Assembly: GCA_021734325.1 (NCBI GenBank)
Contig: JAIPJF010000008.1
Location: forward strand, 4,136-68,135
DNA: 64,000 nt
DNA from: Fidelibacterota bacterium
GTDB lineage: Bacteria > Fidelibacterota > UBA8477 > JABMPR01
Direction: 5' to 3'
Part shown: positions 1 to 10,117 of the stretch, piece by piece
How positions within the stretch are numbered: the first letter of the stretch is position 1
Layout of the letters: every line of letters starts with the position of its first letter
The notes under the pieces: model-generated
Database searches by the model: none
The model's input: only the letters and a program-made list of their open reading frames with translations
Told to the model about the DNA's origin: nothing
Made by a program: the position numbers and the translations under genes

Positions 1-71
1 AGATCAGGAAAGTATTTCCATCCAGACACAATCCCTGATCACAAATCGAATTCTGCTTACGGGTAAAAGTT

Positions 72-566
72 TTACCTTTTTTTAATTTTGGATTTGTTAG
101 TATCAATAAATGCTTGAGCATCCATACTGGCTGAGGGATACCTGGGATCTTTTCCGTGGAGTAATTTTATGGTCATTCGTGCTCGATACTGTGTCGAAGC
201 GTTCTCCCCGGTGTAATTTGAATCTGAGCTCAAATTCACACCACCTAACAGTCCCCGTTGAGCATGTAAAACGACTTCTGTCTTCTGCTCTGTTTCTTCT
301 CCCTCCTGCTCCGTCGTTTCGTCCATGATCAAAAAGTGGCTGTAACCATTTTCCAGAGCTATTTCAGAGCACCTGTATACCAGATAAGTCCTTACTAGAT
401 CTTTCGAATCATTCTTATGTCCCTCGAACATGACCTCGTAAGTTCCGTCTTCATTCTGCCAATCACTATATCCGCCTGCGGCGTTTTTTGGACCGTAGGT
501 GCCTGCGCAGCTTGCCATGAAGAGAATAACCATGGCTAAAAGAATACTATTGAAAGATCGCTTCAT
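72..566 (-). CDS. Small lipoprotein of unknown function
   Basis: The N-terminus MKRSFNSILLAMVILFMASCAG has a signal peptide and a lipobox Cys. No catalytic motif was recognised. Confidence 0.6.
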   Translation of the reverse strand: MKRSFNSILLAMVILFMASCAGTYGPKNAAGGYSDWQNEDGTYEVMFEGHKNDSKDLVRTYLVYRCSEIALENGYSHFLIMDETTEQEGEETEQKTEVVLHAQRGLLGGVNLSSDSNYTGENASTQYRARMTIKLLHGKDPRYPSASMDAQAFIDTNKSKIKKR

Positions 567-575
567 ACAAACCTC

Positions 576-1424
576 CTACTTTTTATTGGCTTTTCGGACC
601 TGCTGCTCCATCGCCTGCCATTCCTCAGCCGTCAGTACATCCAGAAAATTAAACTCTCCCGCCCCCTTCAGCCATTCACCTCCATCAATGGTGATCACCT
701 CCCCATTGATATACTGGGATTGATCAGAGATCAGATAGGCTGCCAGGTTAGCCAACTCCAGATGATCCCCAACCCGTTTGAGGGGGATCCGATCAATGAA
801 TTGTTTTTCCAGACCAGGAGGCAGCAATCGGTTCCAGGCTCCTTCTGTTGGAAAGGGTCCGGGAGCGATGGCATTCATGGTGATCCCGTACTTGGCCCAT
901 TCCACAGCGAGACTGCGGGTAAGGGTTTGCACCCCCGATTTGGCAATGGCTGATGGCACCACATAACCAGAGCCGGTGGAGGCGTAAGTCGTGACGATAT
1001 TGAGGACCCTCGCCCCCTGTTTTTGGCTGATCCAGTGTTTTCCAAAAGCCAGGGTAGTATTGTATGAGCCCCGTAAAACGATATCCACGATGACATCAAA
1101 GGCTCTGGGGCTGAGTGCTTCTGTGGGGCTGACGAAATTCCCTGCTGCATTGTTCAACAACACATCTACTGAGCCAAAATGACCCAGTGCGCTTGCCAGG
1201 GCTTTTTCAACGTCCCGGTATTCCCGGACATCCAGTTCCAGCGGCAGGATCTCATGCTCGGAGCCCAGTTCCTTTGCAGTTGCTTCCAGGGCTTCGAATT
1301 TGCGACTGGCAATGATAACTCTGGCTTCAAGCTCCAGAAAGCGCCTGGCCATTGATTTGCCTAATCCCGTACCACCACCGGTGATAAATATTGTTTTGTC
1401 TTTGAGCAGATCAGTTTGAAACAT
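576..1424 (-). CDS. SDR-family 2,4-dienoyl-CoA reductase-like oxidoreductase (DECR type)
   Basis: It carries the TGGGTGLG cofactor motif, NNAAGNF, and a near-colinear match by memory to DECR-type reductases (GSGYVVPSAIAKSG, GPFPTEGA, INGEVITIDGGEW). Confidence 0.7.
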   Translation of the reverse strand: MFQTDLLKDKTIFITGGGTGLGKSMARRFLELEARVIIASRKFEALEATAKELGSEHEILPLELDVREYRDVEKALASALGHFGSVDVLLNNAAGNFVSPTEALSPRAFDVIVDIVLRGSYNTTLAFGKHWISQKQGARVLNIVTTYASTGSGYVVPSAIAKSGVQTLTRSLAVEWAKYGITMNAIAPGPFPTEGAWNRLLPPGLEKQFIDRIPLKRVGDHLELANLAAYLISDQSQYINGEVITIDGGEWLKGAGEFNFLDVLTAEEWQAMEQQVRKANKK

Positions 1425-1545
1425 TTTGGATTACCCCTTTCATGTAACCTGCAATAACCCAAATAATTTGGCAAGAAGTATTTCAGGAGATTATGTGTTA
1501 ATATATCTTGTAGGAATATCAATCTCAGGGGGTGGAAGGAAAACT

Positions 1546-4005
1546 ATGCAGGGAATATTGCAAAGATGCATCCTATTTCTCCTTTTCGGAGGCAGCTTGT
1601 CTGCTCAGCTTCCTTCGGGAATCATCAGTGGTACCATAACTGATCTTGACACTCAACAACCACTGCCCGGTGCAAATGTGATGCTAGATGGGACCTCCAT
1701 GGGCGCAGCGACCAATCTTGAGGGATATTATGAGATACGTAATGTGCCCTTGGGCTCCTACACGATCCGCATCAATATGATCGGATACAAATCCGTGGCC
1801 CGGGCCAATGTTCATGCCCTGGCTAATCGACCCGGTAGTGTCAACATATCCTTGGAGCCAACGGTTTTGACCGGTTCCGATATTGTTGTTACAGCCGGTT
1901 ATTTTGAGCAGACCAAAGATGCTGCAACCAGTGTTCGCAGTGTTGACTTTGAAGAGATCCGGTCTGATCCCGTTGGCTCGCATGACATTTTGAGTATGAT
2001 GCAATCCCTGCCATCAGTGGTCTCCGGCGCCGACCAGACCAATGAGATTATCGTCCGTGGCGGTGCACCAGGAGAAAACCTGTTTGTCATGGACCATCTG
2101 GATATTCCCTACCCCGTCCATTACCCGGAACAGGGTGCCGGGGGTGGACCGGTTACCATGGTCAATACGGACTTTATCGAACGTATCGATTTCTTCGCTG
2201 GTTCATTTCCTGCTCGCTATGGAGACAAACTGTCATCAGTAATGGATGTCAGCGTGCGTGAAGGCAACCACAGCAGTCACGAATCCAAGCTCAGTTTTGA
2301 TATGGCTGGATTTGGAGCCAGCCTGGAGGGACCACTGTCCATGAACAGTTCCTATCTATTCTCCATCAAACGTTCCTTTCTGGATTTCATTATCCAGCAG
2401 AGCGGTCTGATGGCCGTTCCAACCTACTGGACGTTTCAGGGTAAGATCGCCTATGATCTCAGTCCAAAGGAAAAACTCAGTCTCAATTATCTGGGTGGGA
2501 TCGATGGGATTGATATTGTGGGAGAAGATAGTCCCCAAAATCGTGGAGCCGACAATGTTGCCTATCGCTCACAGCAACATACTCTGGGCCTGACCTACAG
2601 GAATCTTTTTTCCAAGCAGGGATACCTGCTGGCTTCTATTGCTCAAAATTTTGTCAATATCAATATTGATGCCTACCATGTCACTGATGAAGGTGAACAT
2701 GATACGTTCTATGAAGGGATCACCGTTGAGCAGGAGACCATTGCCAAAGCAGACCTTGTCTACAAGCTGCGATCCAATCTGGAAATATCGGCAGGTGCAA
2801 AAGTGAAAATTGCTCCCAATACCTGGGAGATCAAATCTTACAGCGACTATTTGATACTATATGGCTACGCTGTCGATTCACTCTCCCCTGCACTGCCTGT
2901 CTCCGAGGCTGTTTTTTATGACCAATTCTTTGGTGATACAACTACGGTAGTCTTGCCATTTGACACATTGGATTCCATTGTGGGAAAAGATACCCTTTAC
3001 CATGAGATCTTTGGCAATTTTGGCATCCATGGCCAGGTCAAATACCACCCCACTGCCCGCCTGGAACTCATCCTGGGTGGACGTTTCGAATATCATAATT
3101 ATCTGGACAAGTACAATTTATCTCCCCGACTGAACATCAGTTACCAACTTTCACATAATGTGAAGCTTAACCTCGCTGGTGGGCGCTATTTCCAGGCACC
3201 TTTCTATGCCATGCTCATCTACGGTGGGGCCGATACAAAAGCATTGGACTATTACCATTCTGATCAGATTGCAGTAGGTCTCGAATATTTGCCCTTCGAT
3301 GATGTCCGCATGACCTTTGAGTATTATCAGAAGGAGTTCTCAGATATGCCCCAGCAGGAGATCCTGGTGGACAGGAACGGAGCTGACAGCCTGGGCCACT
3401 TTGTCAATATCGGAGCAGGTCGCTCAGAGGGCTTTGAGTTATTTCTGCAGAAGAAATTCTCACGTAACTGGTATGGAACATTCAGCTACAGCCATTCTGT
3501 CTCGGAAGGGGTCGATCCCCGTAAATCTGAGACTGCCTATTATCCCTGGGATTATGACTATCGGAATGTCATCAGTCTGATCGGAGGATACAAGATCCGC
3601 TACATGGACTACGATTGGTATCAGCATTATAAAAAGACAACCCTGGCATCAGTCACCTCCTGGTTGCCGCTGGCACCAGCTGATGAATTTGAGATCAGTT
3701 TTCGTTTGCGCTATTCAGGAGGGAAGCCATATACGCCCAAGACCTATGACCACAATGTCCGTCAATGGTACACCCTGGCCTCAGATGACTGGAACACTGA
3801 GCGAATGGATGATTACCTGCGTTTTGATCTTATGTTCCTCCAGCGTTTTTATTTTGAGAAAATGAATTTGGTGACCTTCTGGGATTTCATGAATCTCTTT
3901 AATAGAGATAACCCCTGGGAGTACATTTACAAGGAAGATGGTACAAAGGATATAGCCCTGCAATTCAAGACCTTTCCCATCGGCGGGGTCACATTGGAGT
4001 TTTGA
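1546..4005 (+). CDS. TonB-dependent receptor with N-terminal carboxypeptidase-regulatory-like domain
   Basis: The ATG at 1546 gives the signal peptide MQGILQRCILFLLFGGSLSAQ. A CarboxypepD_reg-like segment (GTITDLDTQQPLPGANVML...GYYEIRNVPLGSYTIRINMIGYKS) and a plug-like segment (IIVRGGAPGENLFVMDHLDI) are present, and the C-terminus ends in F. The track start at 1426 is a TTG extension without a signal peptide. Confidence 0.75.
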   Translation: MQGILQRCILFLLFGGSLSAQLPSGIISGTITDLDTQQPLPGANVMLDGTSMGAATNLEGYYEIRNVPLGSYTIRINMIGYKSVARANVHALANRPGSVNISLEPTVLTGSDIVVTAGYFEQTKDAATSVRSVDFEEIRSDPVGSHDILSMMQSLPSVVSGADQTNEIIVRGGAPGENLFVMDHLDIPYPVHYPEQGAGGGPVTMVNTDFIERIDFFAGSFPARYGDKLSSVMDVSVREGNHSSHESKLSFDMAGFGASLEGPLSMNSSYLFSIKRSFLDFIIQQSGLMAVPTYWTFQGKIAYDLSPKEKLSLNYLGGIDGIDIVGEDSPQNRGADNVAYRSQQHTLGLTYRNLFSKQGYLLASIAQNFVNINIDAYHVTDEGEHDTFYEGITVEQETIAKADLVYKLRSNLEISAGAKVKIAPNTWEIKSYSDYLILYGYAVDSLSPALPVSEAVFYDQFFGDTTTVVLPFDTLDSIVGKDTLYHEIFGNFGIHGQVKYHPTARLELILGGRFEYHNYLDKYNLSPRLNISYQLSHNVKLNLAGGRYFQAPFYAMLIYGGADTKALDYYHSDQIAVGLEYLPFDDVRMTFEYYQKEFSDMPQQEILVDRNGADSLGHFVNIGAGRSEGFELFLQKKFSRNWYGTFSYSHSVSEGVDPRKSETAYYPWDYDYRNVISLIGGYKIRYMDYDWYQHYKKTTLASVTSWLPLAPADEFEISFRLRYSGGKPYTPKTYDHNVRQWYTLASDDWNTERMDDYLRFDLMFLQRFYFEKMNLVTFWDFMNLFNRDNPWEYIYKEDGTKDIALQFKTFPIGGVTLEF

Positions 4006-4164
4006 TGTCCTTGTCAGATAGGAAATTTGAACCGGAACGCCATTCGCTTCCACCTGCGTCCATTTTTTTTGGTCACCTTTGAATATTGTCTGCAATATTT
4101 CCCGGTTTTCAACGTCTGTAATAGTAGGATGCAAAGCACCAGTACTATATCGACTCCCGTTATC

Positions 4165-4710
4165 ATGAGCAAACGCAGCAAGTTGATCAGTGATATTATC
4201 AGCGAAGCTGAAGAATGGCTCCTGGATTCAGTCCGCATACTGGTACCACACTATGAAGATGCGGAGGATATTGTCCAGGATGTATTCCACCAATTTGTCA
4301 CAGGTTTTGATCAGATACGGTCTCTTGAATCCACCTCAGCCTGGTTTTATCGGGCAGCAAAAAACAGGGTGAGCGACTTCTATCGTAAACGCGCCAGAAG
4401 TGTTGAGGGAGATCTGAGTTCGGTTTCAGATCTGGATGTGGAGAACAAACTGCTTCTGGAGGAGATCATTCCTGATCCGGACTCCTCTCCAGAGCATGAT
4501 TTTGATTTAAGCACTCTTGAGACCCGTCTGGAAAAAGCGATCGAATCCTTGCCCGCATCTCAACGCGAGGTCTTTATCTGGCATGAGATAGAAGGTCTCA
4601 GCTTTAAGGAAATTGCCGTGCTTACTGGTGATTCACAGAACACCCTGCTTTCTCGGAAGAGGTATGCCGTATTGGCATTACGCAAACAACTCAAAGATCT
4701 ATATCAATAA
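4165..4710 (+). CDS. ECF-type RNA polymerase sigma-70 family factor
   Basis: Region 2-like DIVQDVFHQF and region 4 HTH SQREVFIWHEIEGLSFKEIAVLTGDSQNTLLSRKRYA are present. The start is uncertain (ATG at 4129 or 4165), and the track start at 4027 is unlikely. Confidence 0.75.
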   Translation: MSKRSKLISDIISEAEEWLLDSVRILVPHYEDAEDIVQDVFHQFVTGFDQIRSLESTSAWFYRAAKNRVSDFYRKRARSVEGDLSSVSDLDVENKLLLEEIIPDPDSSPEHDFDLSTLETRLEKAIESLPASQREVFIWHEIEGLSFKEIAVLTGDSQNTLLSRKRYAVLALRKQLKDLYQ

Positions 4711-4726
4711 TTGAAAGGAAATATTT

Positions 4727-5038
4727 ATGTGTAATTCATCTCTGCTAAAAAAGATCGGAATTGGTTTCCTGATCCTGTTCGGGATCATGGCTTTTGGCGT
4801 CATCACCATGCTTTTATGGAACTGGCTGATCCCGGTTATCTTTAACGGTCCCACGATCACGTTTATCCAGGCGCTCGGACTTCTGGTTCTCTCGAAGATC
4901 CTTTTTTCAGGTGGTCATGGCAAGCATCACGATTCCAGACACTCATCCAGGCATGTTGAGTGGAAGGATCATCTCAGAAAGCGAATGGAGCAGCGTCAGG
5001 AAGAAGTCGAAGATGATGCTCCGCACTCAGATATTTGA
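4727..5038 (+). CDS. Small two-TM membrane protein with His-rich, charged C-terminal tail (possible ECF partner)
   Basis: It starts 16 nt after the sigma gene. It has two hydrophobic segments followed by GGHGKHHDSRHSSRH and an acidic tail. No ZAS anti-sigma motif is seen. Confidence 0.45.
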   Translation: MCNSSLLKKIGIGFLILFGIMAFGVITMLLWNWLIPVIFNGPTITFIQALGLLVLSKILFSGGHGKHHDSRHSSRHVEWKDHLRKRMEQRQEEVEDDAPHSDI

Positions 5039-5081
5039 GCCGCAGATTCAGCTGATTATTTATCAATTTTATAAAAAAAGT

Positions 5082-5110
5082 GGCTGGTCAAAAAACCAGC
5101 CTCTTTTTTT
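5082..5110. terminator. Bidirectional rho-independent terminator
   Basis: The stem GGCTGGT / ACCAGCC has a CAAAAA loop, is flanked by an A-run upstream and TCTTTTTTT downstream, and lies between convergent genes. Confidence 0.75.
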
Positions 5111-5130
5111 ACTCCGATGTCCTGCGTGAC

Positions 5131-6777
5131 TTATTTATAGTATTCTCTCAAATAATCCTGAACCATTCGAGTACCTGTAAATTGTACCCCTGTTTTGATC
5201 GCTTCTCTGATTATTGATATCCATTTCCTCTGATCATTGTAGAAGGTGGGAATGATTTCCTCTTCAAGGAGGCGATACAAATGATCAGCATCTGCAGCAT
5301 CATTGGCGTTGTTTGGATCGCCAATGGCCCAGCCATTCACCCCGTGATTGCATCCCTCGGCCCACCATCCATCCATGATTGACAGGTTGGGGACACCATT
5401 CAGGGTTGCTTTCATACCCGAAGTCCCTGAGGCTTCATTGGGACGTAGTGGCGTATTGAGCCATACATCCACACCTGAGGTAATCAAATTACCCAGCCAC
5501 ATATTGTAGTTTTCGAGAAAAACGATCTTTACTTCACCCTGCAGCTCTTTGGCCTGTATTACGATATCTTTCAAGATCTCTTTTCCATGATCATCTCTCG
5601 GATGTGCTTTTCCAGCAAAAACAAATTGAATTTTATTCCCTTTCGCCATTCGGATCAACCGCTCTTTGTCATGGAATATGAGTCTCGCCCTTTTGTATTC
5701 GGCTGCACGTCTGGCAAAGCCAATAGTTAATATCCGAGGCGAAAGCGCTCGCTGTGACTGTGAGTTTGCATAGTCCAAAAGAAATTTCTTCTGACCGCGA
5801 CGAGCAAAGAGAAGCTCTTCGGCGGGGATACTGTCGATCTCCAGCAGTCTGGTTGGATCTTCACGCCAACCTGGAAGGTTACGGTCATATACTTCACGGA
5901 AGATCTTTCCCACCCAGTATCTATGAAATACACCATTGGTCACATGACCGATCTTGAATTCAGGGAACTGATCTCTGGCAACTTGACCATGCAAAGCAGA
6001 GACACCATTGGCACTCCGACTATAATAAAGACCCAGCTCCGTCATGTGCACACGACTATTGAGGACCATACTTGGTAATTTCAAATCATTGGGAAGCAAA
6101 TCGCCGATCAATTTGCTTACTCGCTCGCTGGCAAAATGATCATGCCCTGCCGAAACGGGAGTATGAGTCGTAAAATGACAGCGTTTCCTCACTTCCTCTT
6201 CATTCCCGGCAAATTCTTTTAATAATTCCAGGGTCAGGAAGGAGCAATGGCCCTCATTCATATGATAGGTCGAAAAATCTTTGTATCCCAATTGACGCAG
6301 GATCCGAATCCCGCCAAATCCGAGAATGGCTTCCTGAAGGATTCGATGATCTTTCCCACCTGCATAAAGACGAAGTGTAATATCCCGGTCTTCTTCTGTA
6401 TTCTCAGGAATATCTGTATCGAGAAAGAGGACATCGATATTATTCCCCCTGATACCGGTAAAAGTATATTTCCAGGCCTGAATCTGGACATCATGTCCAC
6501 GCAGAGGCAAACTTACCATGACTGGAAGTCTGTCCAGGAAGGGCTCTGGTTCAAAGCGCGGATAGACTTCAGTCTGATTCCCTTCTTCATCCATTCTCTG
6601 CTTGAAATAACCCTCTTTGTACATCAAGGTCAAGGCGACCATATTGACACCCAGGTCTGCAGCAGCCTTTATGTGATCCCCGGCTAAAATACCGAGACCC
6701 CCACTATAGGTATGAACACTTGGAGATATCCCTATCTCCGCGCTAAAGTAAGCAATAGTGGCTTGATTATTTGACAT
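5131..6777 (-). CDS. glgP: Alpha-glucan (glycogen/maltodextrin) phosphorylase, short GT35 form
   Basis: IAYFSAEIG...YSGGLGILAGDHIKAAADLG is typical of alpha-glucan phosphorylases, along with EASGTSGMKA. The ATG at 6777 is preceded by AAGAGGAA. The track start at 6804 adds 9 residues. Confidence 0.85.
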   Translation of the reverse strand: MSNNQATIAYFSAEIGISPSVHTYSGGLGILAGDHIKAAADLGVNMVALTLMYKEGYFKQRMDEEGNQTEVYPRFEPEPFLDRLPVMVSLPLRGHDVQIQAWKYTFTGIRGNNIDVLFLDTDIPENTEEDRDITLRLYAGGKDHRILQEAILGFGGIRILRQLGYKDFSTYHMNEGHCSFLTLELLKEFAGNEEEVRKRCHFTTHTPVSAGHDHFASERVSKLIGDLLPNDLKLPSMVLNSRVHMTELGLYYSRSANGVSALHGQVARDQFPEFKIGHVTNGVFHRYWVGKIFREVYDRNLPGWREDPTRLLEIDSIPAEELLFARRGQKKFLLDYANSQSQRALSPRILTIGFARRAAEYKRARLIFHDKERLIRMAKGNKIQFVFAGKAHPRDDHGKEILKDIVIQAKELQGEVKIVFLENYNMWLGNLITSGVDVWLNTPLRPNEASGTSGMKATLNGVPNLSIMDGWWAEGCNHGVNGWAIGDPNNANDAADADHLYRLLEEEIIPTFYNDQRKWISIIREAIKTGVQFTGTRMVQDYLREYYK

Positions 6778-6945
6778 GTATTCCTCTTTATTTCTGATCA
6801 TCATGCGATGTGTTTAATTTATTTCGGCAGCGAATCCCAAAATTATTGTAAACTCAGTATATTGCTGCTCCCGATCTTCGTCGGATATCGTTTATGAAAT
6901 TCATATTTTTTTGCTGATGGCTTTGCTAAAAACTACCTGTAAAAC

Positions 6946-9009
6946 CTATTTGTACTTATCTATGCAAATTGTGATCTCAGTATTAAACACTTCACCGGGG
7001 TTTAAAGTTAAATGCCAGTGAGGTAAAATTGACGAAGCCTGGTACACTCTTTCAAATCCGGCTTCAGACATGGAAATTGTTTCAATGGGTGCTCTCCAGA
7101 GCTGACTGACATCTGTAAAATTCAAGTCTATTTTGAAATTATCCCATTCATCAATGAGGGACAATTGTGAGATACCGCCATCCTTCCCATGAGAATTAAG
7201 ATAGCCACCGTGCTTCCCATTTAGCAGGTAATAGCGGTCAGGAGTCTCCCCGCCCAGCAATCCAAAATTGAATTCCAGACCATAGTTCCTGACAAATCTT
7301 TCCTTGCCGGTGTTTTTGATGGCGAGTTTGATGGAAAGGGTGTTGTGATGTAAGCTCAATGATTTTTCAATCGTCAATTGTGTTCCATCTATGGCTCGCT
7401 GAGCTTGCATTTTGACACCGGCTTCGGCCTGTTCAACCTTGGCAGTGTCATTTCTATCGGCCATTAATCCACAGTAGTATGAATTCTGATCATGCTCATC
7501 ACCAAATAAATGATCAACAAGACTGTGGCGTGAATAGGTGTCAGTAAAAAGCTTATCCTGGAGACCTTCCTCTTTTGTCAACACCAGATCATGGATGGAT
7601 CCGCCACCAGTATTCTCACGGTTTGCATGGGCCAATTTATGGTGATAACTTTCAGCATAACGCTGGACATAATTAGTGACATTAAAATTTGCCGACAGGC
7701 AGTCTATCTCGCGAATATGACCCTCTTTGGCAGACACAAATAATTGAATATCATTCGATCTCAGACGATATTCCTCATGTCCATCCCCATCGATGTCCGC
7801 CAAACCAGCGAATGTCCCCCCTAATTCAACAAATGATGCTTCAGCTTTCAGCAGGTGCTCATAAAGAGCATGTCGCAGGTGGGGTAGATACAGCCCACCA
7901 AAGACTCCGTGCCAATATCCACAATTACACTGTGCCCGATAGACATCATCAAGTAATGTTTGTGGCGCTCCGCCCTTTGATTCCAGTTGGATCAAGTTCA
8001 ATGAGAGGTTTTGTACCCGTTTCTGCATCCAATTTGATTCAGGATATTTAGTGAAAAAATTACGCCACATCCCTCCCTTGATGAAAGGTCTGTTTGCTTC
8101 TATCGTTCCTCTTGCTTCCAGGTCATGGATCAGACGGTCCATTCGTTGGCCAAGATTGGTACGCAAAGTCCACTGCGACATTTCAAAGTAGGATGAAGTT
8201 GGCAGATAAACCAGGTCACGGGGACCGTGTTCATTAAAGTATTCTTTGAATGTGGTTGTTTTTAACCACTCTGAGTTAGCTTCCAATAGACTGAAAAATC
8301 GCTCCAGCCATTTTTCGCCGTAAACACTATCCCAGGTTCCGGGCCAGATACCGAATTTTTCTCCATCATCAGCCATGACGATCACATTGTCACCAGCTGC
8401 AGTAGCCTGTTCTCTCAGTTTATCGATAGTCACTTGAGGATCTTCGAAGGGCATTGCATAGCGGAGTTTTTGACTGATGGGGAAAACACCTAAAAAATGG
8501 CCATCCTGTTCGGTTTGATAGTAACCGTTCAATTGTTCTGGATCGACACCGGAGGCTAAAAAGTGATAATCGTCAACGATGGTGTAATCGATATGGGCTT
8601 TCTTTAAAGTTTGGGCCAGATGGGGTTCCCAGACTCGTTCGGTGAGCCAATTCCCCTTGATCTCATAATCAAGATTCTTGTGAGCCCACTGATTCATCTT
8701 TTCTATCTGTCCGATGCGATCAGGTTCAGGAATCATTGCAAGGATCGGTTCGTAGAATCCTGCTCCCAGGATTTCCACATTCCCCCTTTGTACCAGTTTT
8801 TTTAACAACGCCAAAACTTCTGGCCGATGAACTTCCAACCACTCGATCAGCGATCCACTAAAGTGAAAGGCCATACTGATGTTGGGAAATTTCTCCAGGA
8901 CCTGTAAAAAGGGTAAATAGGATCGATCTGCAGCATAATGGAAAACATTATCGAAATTTCCCACTGGCTGGTGATTATGTATACCAAAGATGAACTGAAC
9001 TTTATCCAT
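6946..9009 (-). CDS. GH57 family 4-alpha-glucanotransferase / alpha-amylase-like enzyme
   Basis: The N-terminus FIFGIHNHQPVGNF is GH57-like. The nucleophile context WLTERVWEP and the acid/base context MADDGEKFG are both present. The ATG at 9009 (MDKVQFIFG) is preferred over the non-ATG start at 9033. Confidence 0.8.
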   Translation of the reverse strand: MDKVQFIFGIHNHQPVGNFDNVFHYAADRSYLPFLQVLEKFPNISMAFHFSGSLIEWLEVHRPEVLALLKKLVQRGNVEILGAGFYEPILAMIPEPDRIGQIEKMNQWAHKNLDYEIKGNWLTERVWEPHLAQTLKKAHIDYTIVDDYHFLASGVDPEQLNGYYQTEQDGHFLGVFPISQKLRYAMPFEDPQVTIDKLREQATAAGDNVIVMADDGEKFGIWPGTWDSVYGEKWLERFFSLLEANSEWLKTTTFKEYFNEHGPRDLVYLPTSSYFEMSQWTLRTNLGQRMDRLIHDLEARGTIEANRPFIKGGMWRNFFTKYPESNWMQKRVQNLSLNLIQLESKGGAPQTLLDDVYRAQCNCGYWHGVFGGLYLPHLRHALYEHLLKAEASFVELGGTFAGLADIDGDGHEEYRLRSNDIQLFVSAKEGHIREIDCLSANFNVTNYVQRYAESYHHKLAHANRENTGGGSIHDLVLTKEEGLQDKLFTDTYSRHSLVDHLFGDEHDQNSYYCGLMADRNDTAKVEQAEAGVKMQAQRAIDGTQLTIEKSLSLHHNTLSIKLAIKNTGKERFVRNYGLEFNFGLLGGETPDRYYLLNGKHGGYLNSHGKDGGISQLSLIDEWDNFKIDLNFTDVSQLWRAPIETISMSEAGFERVYQASSILPHWHLTLNPGEVFNTEITICIDKYK

Positions 9010-9055
9010 TAAATTGACTACCCTAACACACAATAAAAAGAATCAGCTTATAATA

Positions 9056-9100
9056 GACATTCAGGAGTTGATCTAACAATCCGATCAACCCCTGAATGTC
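9056..9100 (-). terminator. Long intercistronic hairpin between gap and the GH57 gene (terminator, attenuator or processing site)
   Basis: The 18-nt arms GACATTCAGGAGTTGATC and GATCAACCCCTGAATGTC pair with one mismatch around a 9-nt loop. On the minus strand a U-rich stretch follows within about 25 nt. Confidence 0.5.
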
Positions 9101-9115
9101 TCAAACGATTAACTA

Positions 9116-10117
9116 CTACATGTCCTTGAACATGTTAATCAGGTCCACAACGCGGTTTGAATAGCCCCATTCATTGTCATACCAGTTCAAGGTTTTAACA
9201 ATCCGGTTACCTACGACGCGTGTATATTGCGCATCATAAATAGAAGAGAATGAATTCCCAATGACGTCTGAGGACACCAGGTGACCTTCACTGTACTCAA
9301 GAACGCGCTTCAGACGCTCCGTTTGACTGGCAGCACGAACCGCATCATGAATATCATCAACAGAGACATTGCGACTCACTTCAACAATTAGATCCACAAC
9401 AGAGCCATCAGCCACAGGCACTCTGGCAGCAATACCATCCAGCTTCCCGGCCAATTCAGGGAGTACTTTCCCAACGGCTCTTGCAGCGCCAGTCGTGGTC
9501 GGAATGATATTCTCCGCAGCAGCACGGCTACGACGCCAATCTGAGTGCGGAACGTCAGCCAAACGCTGGTCATTGGTATATGCATGGGTCGTTGTCATCA
9601 CACCTTCAACGATACCGAAGGCATCATTAAGAACCTTTGCCATGGGAGCGAGACAGTTTGTTGTACAACTGGCATTCGAGATGATTTTATGTTCAGGTTT
9701 CAGACCGTCCTCATTCACGCCAAGGACCACGGTATAATCGATCTCATCCTTTGAGGGAACGGTGAGGATTACTCGTTTTGCACCAGCAGTGAGATGCTGG
9801 GTCAGAGATTCTTTAGTCCTAAACACACCAGTTGCTTCAATTACCACGTCAATTTCGAGCTCTTTCCAGGGCAGTTCTGCCGGATTACGAAAATTGAGCA
9901 TCTTCACCGTATCATTAGCCGTATGGAGTATGTCTCCTTCGATGCGAACAGAAGGGTCCCCAAAACCACCCATAACGGTATCATACTTCAGCAAATATGC
10001 CAGAGCCTGATTATCGAACAAATCATTGATTGCAACTACGTTTATATCTTTACGTTTATCCAAAATTCTGAATACTGAACGACCAATGCGCCCGAATCCA
10101 TTAATGGCTACTCTCAT
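9116..10117 (-). CDS. gap: Glyceraldehyde-3-phosphate dehydrogenase, type I (canonical)
   Basis: It has INGFGRIGR, the active site SNASCTTNCLAP, THAYTNDQ, RRSRAAAENIIPTTTGAA and WYDNEWGYS. Confidence 0.93.
   Translation of the reverse strand: MRVAINGFGRIGRSVFRILDKRKDINVVAINDLFDNQALAYLLKYDTVMGGFGDPSVRIEGDILHTANDTVKMLNFRNPAELPWKELEIDVVIEATGVFRTKESLTQHLTAGAKRVILTVPSKDEIDYTVVLGVNEDGLKPEHKIISNASCTTNCLAPMAKVLNDAFGIVEGVMTTTHAYTNDQRLADVPHSDWRRSRAAAENIIPTTTGAARAVGKVLPELAGKLDGIAARVPVADGSVVDLIVEVSRNVSVDDIHDAVRAASQTERLKRVLEYSEGHLVSSDVIGNSFSSIYDAQYTRVVGNRIVKTLNWYDNEWGYSNRVVDLINMFKDM

Noticed and set aside
1426-1545. The ORF track gives the first TonB-dependent receptor a 40-codon N-terminal extension with a TTG start.
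   Set aside because: The extension has no signal peptide and starts 2 nt after the divergent SDR gene's start. The ATG at 1546 yields a proper signal peptide.
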